Source of the DNA: Antedon mediterranea
Taxonomy: Eukaryota; Animalia; Echinodermata
DNA length: 64,000 nt
Direction of reading: 5' to 3'
Assembly: GCF_964355755.1 (NCBI RefSeq)
Contig: NC_092670.1
Location: 3,028,201-3,092,200, forward strand
The translations under genes and the position numbers were made by a program. The stretch's first letter is position 1. Every line of letters begins with the position of its first letter. The notes beneath the pieces are model-generated. The model was not told the origin of the DNA. It saw nothing but the letters and a program-made list of their open reading frames with translations, and made no database searches. Of the stretch, positions 54,101 to 64,000 are shown piece after piece.

Positions 54101-56391
54101 CCGATATATACAACTAATCAACTTCCAGAATATGTTATCCACAAAAAGTTGACCGTGCAGTTTAGAAATTACGACTGTTTAAAAAAAGGCATAATTTTGA
54201 CAAATTTTTGAACTTTTTCATCAAAAAAGCGCACAAATTGTTTAATTCGACGTGCTCATATGACGTGATTTTAAGTCGAAATTGTTTAAAAGTTGATAAA
54301 ATTACTAAAAAAAGCTAGAAAAACATAAATCACGAGAAAAAAATATGTTTTTAACGCTACATGCGCACCGCGCACGTAAAAATTTTCGGGCGCGTGGGAA
54401 TTTTTGACATGCTTAAAATTACATGAAACGCGTAAAAAGTTGATTAGAAATTAATTTTGCGAATTTTGAAATTTTAAATGCGCGTGCGCGGGTAACTTTG
54501 TGTGAAACATGCCATTTTTAATCCACAGAAAATTGACTCTTGATATAAATTAAATTTTCACCAAGTCTCAATACAAATCGACTTTTGGTTTTTAATCTAT
54601 GATCAATCATTTAAATTCATAAAATTGCGTGCAAGTCACGTTGCGCAACTCTGACGTTTTTCAAAAATAGGAGGTGCACAACTTCACGTAAATGTCTATA
54701 TTTTGACAAAGTTACGATATGTTCTGTTTACACATTTTAGAGAAACAAGGCTCACAAAAAAAGGAAGAAAGACAGAAGAATAATACAGACTAGACATGTA
54801 ACTCGTCACTTTGACGAGTTTGGTTATCCGCCGCGCAAGTGGTGCAACATTAACATTAAGGGGATAGGTTGAGGACAAAAGGAAGTGTTCACGTTGGCAT
54901 TATGACCTGAACTGAAGAATATGATATGTTGCTGAATTTTATTATTTAAATTCATATATAGTATACACAGTATAATCTGTATCCATATCACATACAGTGA
55001 CATACATAGAATAGGTGAAATTACGGGACCCGCTATTTATTGCAATTTTTAACGTGTTGACGGTTTTAAAATGAAACGCGAAGTTAGCAATTCCGAAAGG
55101 AAATTATCTCAGCAACAACGTATTAGCATGTAGAAGAAATTTGAATACGTGAAATATTGATGCGCGCTCGTTTAAATGTAATGAATTATGACGCAAAAGA
55201 TGAAAATACGACCTTTTTTATATAACTGGCCATATGATGACGTCACAACATCCGATTGGCAACATTTTTACATAATTTCGTATCTAAAATTCAATAGCTT
55301 CCAGAAAAAGTTTTAATCGTGATTATCACATTTTATTCTTACGAGCTATAACAGATTAAAATTTACTGTAAAGATGAAATTAATGCCACACGTGATTTAA
55401 ATTTTTAGGCATGATGACGTCAAAAAAATTAAAATATTTTTAACTCATGCGAAAGATAGTTGATTGACCTAGACAATATCAAAATCGGGGTGAAAATGGA
55501 AAACGAATAAGTGGAGAGGCGCTCTATTCAATGTGATGACCTATGACGAAAGATACAAAAATCCTAAATTTTATATTCGTGTGGCCATACGATGACGTCA
55601 CAATGTCCGGTTAGCCATATTAATACCTGATCCTATATCTACAACTCATCAACTTCCAGAATATGTCATCCACAAAAAGTTGACCGTGTAGTTTAGAAAT
55701 TACGACTGTTTAAAAAAAGGCATATTTTTAACGGAATTTTGAACTTTTTCATCAAAAACACGCGCAAATTGTCCAATTCGACGTGCTCGTATGACGTAAC
55801 TTTAAGTCGAAATTGTTTAAAATTTGATAAAATTACTAGAAAAGGCTGGAAAAACATAAATCACGCGAAAAAAATATGTTTTCAATGCTACGTGCGCACC
55901 GCACACGTAAAAATTTGCGCACGCGTGGGAATTTTTTACATGCTTAAAACGACATGAAACGCGTAGAAAGTTGATTAGAAATTAATTTTGCGCATTTTGA
56001 AATTTTAAATGCGCGTGCGCGCGTAACTTTGTGTAAAACACGCAATTTTTTTTCAACATAAAGTTAGCGCATGATATAAATTAAACTTTTGGAAAGTTTC
56101 AATTTGAAATGTTATTTGGTTTTCGACCTATGTTAAATACGAGGAAATCGTTAAATCACGCGTAAGTCACGTTGCGCAATTGTAAACGTCATGAAAAGCT
56201 TCGCAGCACATCTTCATGTGCATGACGATATGTTGAGAAAGTTACAAAATGTTATGTTTACAAGTTTTAGAGAAAAGCGTTCCACAAAAATCATACAGAA
56301 AGAAAGAAGATCAAGAAAAAGACTAGACATGTAACTCGTCACTTTGACGAGTTTGGTTATCCGCCGCGCAAGTGGTGCAACATTAACATTA

Positions 56392-58869
56392 AGGCCTGTG
56401 CACACCGAACGCGAAGCCGCGAATTTCGCGTTAAAAAGTGACGCACGCGGCAGGCGACGGAAGCTTCCAGTGTGAACATACAAGCGAACAGTGTACGATA
56501 GTCGAATTTCAACTTCAACGCGTTGAAAACGACAGCAGCGAAGGCTTCGCACGCGAATTTTCAAAAGTTGAACCTTGGTCAACTTTTTGAGGCGTCGCGA
56601 GCGCGGTTTGCGTTCGTCAACCAATCAGAAGTCAGGAATATCTCTCATCGACGACACCGACGGCAAAAAAATGGTGGCTGACGAGCGAGGTCTTTATGGA
56701 AATACTTACCCTTCTTGTCTTTACGATAAGGGAAGTAAGTCATACACAGACAGAAACATAAGGATTAATGCATGAAGACAATAATTTCAGACAAACATCT
56801 GTGTAGAAGAATGCCAGAAAAACTAGGCCTAAAACGCGTCAGAGATCAATTTGTAAAGTGAGTTGGCAAGCCTATTTCTAGCCTAGGCTAGGCCTAGCTA
56901 GGCCTACCTAGGTTTAGGCAATACTAGGGCCTAGCTAGGCCTACCTAGCCTAGGCTACATATACCCTAGTAGGCTAGGCCATGCCAAGTAGTACTTATAG
57001 GCCTACATAATACTTACTAATCCCTACTAGTCTACTATGTGCTAGGCCAGGCCTAGCCTAGGTTAAGCCTACTACTAAATATGAGTACAGTACCTAGCCT
57101 ACTTATTATTATTAATTAATATTTATAGGCCTAATATTTAGTTGATTTAGTGTTGTAAGGCTAGGATAGGCCTAGTAGTAGTAATATTAATACATAAATA
57201 CTGTTGTTTTTTTTAGGTCAATTAGATGAACATTGATAAATGGGATCCTTCAGGCTATTACCAGCGTTACAAACTCCACCAATGACCAAGCTAGTAGTTT
57301 AAGCGGCCAGTATTATTATTGCCATGGAATTAAGAGCAATTGCTCCTCAAAAACGTGGACTGGCAATTATGAGGCTGATACAGGTTTGTATAGACTTTTT
57401 TCAAATGGGTATGTCAGTTGGTGACATACATTGGCCAGAAAAAAATGATTTGAGCAATATGCCTTACTATAGCAATTTTTTAATACTTGTTTCATTTTTT
57501 TTTTAATAGAAAATGGAAGAGATTAAGGAGGAGTTGGACTGTAACTAGTATTTATTAAGTGGTTATAGAAGGAAAGCTGAACTGAATGTCTTTTTTTAGC
57601 AATAGAGAACACATGGAAATATATGTATATGTTTTGTTATACTCCAATACTAAAAAAATAGTCAAATTGGCTGCCAGCTAATGAAATGTTTTTCATTTTA
57701 TAAGTGAAAACATAAGTTTTGTTGGGTTTTTTCTATGTAAGTGATTAACTTTGTTAAAACTACAAAATGGCCTATTCAAATTTGATTTAAATCATCTTCA
57801 TTTTTCATGATTCTATGGGACAATACATCTTTAAGTTTAGTGTCATTTTTTGGACAAGATATATTGTCTTCCTGAAAATATAATTTAAAACATTTTCGTT
57901 GTGTGTAATACAGTATAACACTTTAGGGTTAGTTATTCACTTTTAACAATAATAATATTTCTTCAATTTTCATTTTTTTTGGGATGATACATTTTAAATT
58001 TATTATTTTGATATTATTTTGCAAAAGTATTCAGGAGTAGTAAAAAAGAAAATCTGGTTGATATTTAATGATACCTTTAAAAACAATGATTCACTATTTC
58101 AATAAGTGTATTTATGTGAAAAAAAAGTCATAAGATAATAAATACAGTGTAAATATGAGTTTGGGATATTTATTACATTTAATCAAATGAGAATAAAACT
58201 GTATGTTTTGTCATGAATAATATAATATTTAATAATAATTAGAAAATAAATGTGAAAACTTTACATTAATATATAGGCATATAGTTTATATTTTTAAAGT
58301 GACAAACCCATGAAGATTCCCAGTTCGTGTTTATATGAAATGTTTTATATGGTTATAATAACCTCTGTTGAAAGATATTTGTAACACCACTAATAAATAC
58401 AGTCAGCAGATCACATGTACGTGTAATCAACATGCAATAAATGCTTTAATTCTTGTAACTGTATTGATATTGGATACATCTTCTTCTGTCCTTGTTATAT
58501 ATACATACAATCATGCACATTTCAGGCTTTGGAAAAGGATAACATTTTCCCACCAAAACAAAACACTGTGATTGGTGTAACCAGGGAAGAGTTAAATTAC
58601 ATTTTAATTTAACTCTTCTCTGGTTAAACTTACATAGGAAATACTTCAGAGTCATCTTCTCTGATTATTTTAAATGTAGCATTGTATTATTGGCCAACCC
58701 ACTATCTCCTAGGCCTAGCAATCGCGACGAATCAGCACATCGTGATGCGTTTAGTGGGAACCGACAAGAAAAACTAATAGACGCATGACAATTCAACTTT
58801 CAAAGCGATCCGTCGAATGACGCGTGACGCATGACGCTTCGCGGCTTCGCGTTCGGTGTGCACAGGCCT
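56392..58869. mobile_element. 2.5-kb PIF/Harbinger element inserted in the fifth Helentron unit
   Basis: TIR AGGCCTGTGCACACCGAACGCGAAGCCGCGAA; 3-bp TSD TTA; the empty site ACATTAAGGGGATAGG is present in sister units. Confidence 0.9.
56671..57425 (+). pseudogene. Harbinger accessory MADF (Myb/SANT-like) protein with BESS-like C-terminus, decayed
   Basis: YPSCLYDKGSKSYTDRNIRINA*..VEECQK..KRVRDQF (MADF pattern) and ELRAIAPQKRGLAIMRLIQVCIDF (BESS-like); stops and frameshifts; no transposase seen. Confidence 0.65.
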
Positions 58870-61800
58870 TTAAGGGGATAGGTTGAGGACAAAAGGAACT
58901 GTTCACGTTGGCATTATGACCTGAACTGAAGAATATGATATGTTGTTATTGCTGAATTTTATTATTTAAATTCATATATAGTATACACAGTATAATCTGT
59001 ATCCATATCACATACAGTGTAGAATAGGTGAAATTACGGACCCGCTATTTATTGCAATTTTTAACATGTTGACGGTTTTAAAATGAAACGCGAAGGTAGC
59101 AATTCCGAAAGGAAATTATCTCAGCAACAACGTATTAGCGTGTAGAAGAAATTTGAATACGTGAAATATTGATGCGCGCTCTTTTAAATGTAATGAATTA
59201 TGACGCAAAAGATGAAAATACGACCTTTTTTATTTAACTGGCCATATGATGACGTCACAACATCCGATTGGCAACATTTTTACATAATTTCGTATCTACA
59301 ATCCAATAGCTTCCAGAAAAAGTTTTAATCGTGATTATCACATTTTATTCTTACGAGCTATAACAGATTAAAATTTACTGTAAAGATGAAATTGATGCCA
59401 CACGTGATATAAATTTTTAGGCATGATGACGTCAAAAAAATTAAAATATTTTTAACTCATGCGAAAGATAGTTGATTGACCTAGACAATATCAAAATCGG
59501 GGTGAAAATGGAAAACGGATAAGTGGAGATGCGCTCTATTCAATGTGATGAGCTATGACGAAAGATACAAAAATCCTAAATTTTATATTCGCGTGGCCAT
59601 ACGATGACGTCACAATGTCCGGTTAGCCATATTAATACCTGATCCGACATCTACAACTCATCTACTTCCAGAATATGTCATCCACAAAAAGTTGACCGTC
59701 TAGTTTAGAAATTACCACTGTTTAAAAAAAGGCATATTTTAAACGAATTTTTTAACCTTTTCATAAAAAACGCGCGCAAATTTTCCAATTCGACGTGCTC
59801 GTATGACGTATCTTTAAGTCGAAATTGTTTAAAATTTGGTAAAATTACTAGAAAAGGCTGGAAAAACATAAATCACGCGAAAAAAATACGTTTTCAATGC
59901 TACGTGCGCACCGCACACGTAAAAATGTGCGCATGCGTGGGAATTTTTGACATGCTTAAAACGACATGAAACGCGTAGAAAGTTGATTATAAATTAATTT
60001 TGCGCATTTTGAAATTTTAAATGCGCGTGCGCGCGTAACTTTGTGTAAAACACGCAATTTTTTTTCAACAGAAAGTTAGCGCATGATATAAATTAAACTT
60101 TTGCAAAGTTTCACTTTAAAATGTTATTTGGTTTTCGACATATGTTAAATACGAGAAAATCGTTAAATCGCGCGTACGTCACGTTGCGCAATTGTAAACA
60201 TCATGAAAAGCTTCGCTTGACGACGTTACATAAATGTCAAAATGTTAACATAGTTCACAAAATGTTATGTTTGCAAGTTTTAGAGAAAAGCGTGCCACAA
60301 AAATCATACAGAAAGAAAGAAGAGAAATAAAAAGTTGATGATGTTGATGATGATTTCGTACAATCACAAGAGGTTATCCTGCAACTTCGTTGCGGATAAC
60401 CAACTAGACATGTAACTCGTCACTTTGACGAGTTTGGTTATCCGCCGCGCAAGTGGTGCAACATTAACATTAAGGGGATAGGTTGAGGACAAAAGGAAGT
60501 GTTCACGTTGGCATTATGACCTGAACTGAAGAATATGATATGTTGTTATTGCTGAATTTTATTGTTTAAATTCATATATAGTATACACAGTATAATCTGT
60601 ATCCATATCACATACAGTGTAGAATAGGTGAAATTACGGGACCCGCTATTTATTGCAATTTTTAACATGTTGACGGTTTTAAAATGAAACGCTAAGGTAG
60701 CAATTCCGAAAGAAAATTATCTCAGCAACAACGTATTAACGTGTAGAAGAAATTTGAATACGTGAAATATTGATGCGCGCTCTTTTAAATGTAATGAATT
60801 ATGACGCAAAAGATGAAAATACGACCTTTTTTATTTAACTGGCCATATGATGACGTCACAACATCCGATTGGCAACATTTTTACATAATTTCGTATCTAC
60901 AATCCAATAGCTTCCAGAAAAAGTTTTAATCGTGATTATCACATTTTATTCTTACGAGCTATAACAGATTAAAATTTACTGTAAAGATGAAATTGATGCC
61001 ACACGTGATTTAAATTTTTAGGCATGACGACGTCAAAAAAATAAAAATATTTTTAACTCATGCGAAAGATAGTTGATTGACCTAGACAATATCAAAATCG
61101 GGGTGAAAATGGAAAACGGATAAGTGGAGATGCGCTCTATTCAATGTGATGAGCTATGACGAAAGATACAAAAATCCTAAATTTTATATTCGCGTGGCCA
61201 TACGATGACGTCACAATGTCCGGTTAGCCATATTAATACCTGATCCGACATCTACAACTCATCTACTTCCAGAATATGTCATCCACAAAAAGTTGACCGT
61301 CTAGTTTAGAAATTACGACTGTTTAAAAAAAGGCATATTTTAAACGAATTGTTTAACCTTTTCATAAAAAACGCGCGCAAATTGTCCAATTCGACGTGCT
61401 CGTATGACGTATCTTTAAGTCGAAATTGTTTAAAATTTGGTAAAATTACTAGAAAAGGCTGGAAAAACATAAATTACGCGAAAAAAATACGTTTTCAATG
61501 CTACGTGCGCACCGCACACGTAAAAATGTGCGCACGCGTGGGAATTTTTGACATGCTTAAAACGACATGAAACGCGTAGAAAGTTGATTATAAATTAATT
61601 TTGCGCAATTTGAAATTTTAAATGCGCGTGCGCGCGTAACTTTGTGTAAAACACGCAATTTTTTTTCAGCAGAAAGTTAGCGCATGATATAAATTAAACT
61701 TTTGCAAAGTTTCACTTTAAAATGTTATTTGGTTTTCGACATATGTTAAATACGAGAAAATCGTTAAATCGCGCGTACGTCACGTTGCGCAATTGTAAAC

Positions 61801-64000
61801 GTCATGAAAAGCTTCGCATGACGACGTTACGTAAATGTCAAAATGTTAACATAGTTAACGAAATGTTATGTTTGCGAGTTTCAGAGAAAAGCGTTACACA
61901 AAAATCATACAGAAAGAAAGAAGAACTAGACATGTAACTCGTCACTTTGACGAGTTTGGTTATCCGCCGCGCAAGTGGTGCAACATTAACATTAAGGGGA
62001 TAGGTTGAGGACAAAAGGAAGTGTTCACGTTGGTATTATGACCTGAACTGAAGAATATGATATGTTGTTATTGCTGAATTTTATTATTTAAATTCATATA
62101 TAGTATACACAGTATAATCTGTATCCATATCACATACAGTGTAGAATAGGTGAAATTACGGGACCCGCTATTTATTGCAATTTTTAACATGTTGACGGTT
62201 TTAAAATGAAACGCGAAGGTAGCAATTCCGAAAGGAAATTATCTCAGCAACAACGTATTAGCGTGTAGAAGAAATTTGAATACGTGAAATATTGATGCGC
62301 GCTCTTTTAAATGTAATGAATTATGACGCAAAAGATGAAAATACGACCTTTTTTATTTAACTGGCCATATGATGACGTCACAACATCCGATTGGCAAAAT
62401 TTTTACATAATTTCGTATCTACAATCCAATAGCTTCCAGACAAAGTTTTAATCGTGATTATCACATTTTATTCTTACGAGCTATAACAGATTAAAATTTA
62501 CTGTAAAGATGAAATTAATGCCACACGTGATTTAAATTTTTAGGCACGATGACGTCAAAAAAATTAAAATATTTTTAACTCATGCGAAAGATACTTGATT
62601 GACCTAGACAATATCAAAATCGGGGTGAAAATGGAAAACGGATAAGTGGAGATGCGCTCTATTCAATGTGATGAGCTATGACGAAAGATACAAAAATCCT
62701 AAATTTTATATTCGCGTGGCCATACGATGACGTCATAATGTCCGGTTACCCATATTAATACCTGATCCGATATCTACAACTCATCTACTTCCAGAATATG
62801 TCATCCACAAAAATTTGACCGTCTAGTTTAGAAATTACGACTGTTTAAAAAAAGGCATATTTTAAACGAATTTTTTAACCTTTTCATAAAAAACGCGCGC
62901 AAATTGTCCAATTCGACGTGCTCGTATGACGTATCTTTAAGTCGAAATTGTTTAAAATTTGGTAAAATTACTAGAAAAGGCTGAAAAAACATAAATCACG
63001 CGAAAAAAATACGTTTTCAATGCTACGTGCGCACCGTACACGTAAAAATGTGCGCACGCGTGGGAATTTTTGACATGCTCAAAACGACATGAAACGCGTA
63101 GAAAGTTGATTAGAAATTAATTTTGCGCATTTTGAAATTTTAAATGCGCGTGCGCGCGTAACTTTGTGTAAAACACGCAATTTTTTTTCAACAGACAGTT
63201 AGCGCATAATATAAATTAAACTTTTGCAAAGTTTCATTTTAAAATGTTGTTTGGTTTTCGACATATGTTAAATACGAGAAAATCGTTAAATCGCGCGTAC
63301 GTCGCGTTGCGCAATTGTAAACATCATGAAAAGCTTCGCTTGACGACGTTACGTGAATGTCAAAATGTTAACATAGTTAACAAAATGTTATGTTTGCAAG
63401 TTTTAGAGAAAAGCGTTACACAAAAATCATACAGAAAGAAAGAAGATGAAAACTAGACATGAAACTCGTCACTTTGACGAGTTAGTTATCCGCACGACAA
63501 ACGCCACGTGCACGCCATACGTTGCAATATTGCACACGGAAAAAGATTATGGCATTATGACCTAAACCGAAGACTATGATATGTTGTTATTGCTGAATTC
63601 TATTATTTTGATTCATATATAGTATACACAGTGTAATCTGTATACATATCACATACAGTGTAGAATAGGGGAAATTACGGGACCCGCTATTTATTGCAAT
63701 TTTTAACATGTTCATGGTTTTAAAATGAAACGCGAAGGTAGCAATTTTGGAAGGAAATTATCTCAGCAACAACATATTAACGTGTAGAAGAAATTTGAAT
63801 AGGTGAAATATTAATGCGCGCTCTTTTAAATGTAATGAACTATGACGCAAAATATGAAAATACGACTTTTTTTATTTAACTGGCCATATGATGACGTCAC
63901 CACATCCGATTGGCAAAATTTTCACATTATTTTGTATCTACAATCCAATAGCTTCAAGAAAACGTTTTAATCGTGATTATCACATTTTATTCTTACGAGC

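Larger units (their letters stand above)
50206..64000 (-). mobile_element. Head-to-tail stack of eight about 1.5-kb non-autonomous Helentron-type elements (CTAG ends at 50206, 51752, 53272, 54790, 56323, 60404, 61926, 63453)
   Basis: Each unit begins (plus strand) CTAGACATG(T/A)AACTCGTCACTTTGACGAGTT..GTTATCCGC, i.e. terminal CTAG, stem-loop and subTIR. A complete opposite end GGTTATCCTGCAACTTCGTTGCGGATAACCAA is seen only at 60372-60403. Confidence 0.85.

Noticed and set aside
60121-63456. Repeated short ORFs (MLFGFRHMLN..., MFNLFIKN...)
   Set aside because: Incidental frames in non-coding Helentron units; not maintained in more diverged units; no Rep/helicase motifs.

Overview
This is AT-rich, intron-containing animal genomic DNA, probably a marine invertebrate such as an echinoderm (inference only). 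It is not prokaryotic, and it has no CRISPR array, rRNA or intact tRNA. Host genes are all on the minus strand: a multi-exon ZU5-UPA-linker-tandem-DED protein gene (about 27.5-34.7 kb), a paralogous tandem-DED gene (about 8.5-9.3 kb) and a first exon of a type II membrane protein (about 2.4-2.7 kb). The rest is satellites (49, 77, about 222 and 44+44 bp units), LINE fragments and deeply nested DNA transposons. A 13.4-kb IS3EU-type element (6-bp TSD, DDE transposase plus a decayed HECT-like gene) contains a TTAA Kolobok-type element with a P2X7-ballast-like gene and three Helentron-type elements. The last 14 kb is a stack of 1.5-kb Helentron-type elements, one interrupted by a Harbinger. The most unusual signal is short TA-[GGCC/CAG]-TA insertions. 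Several can be shown to be insertions from reading frames and paralogous copies, and they pile up into TAGGCCTA-rich tracts just downstream of apparent promoters of unrelated genes. All alignments and translations were done by eye.
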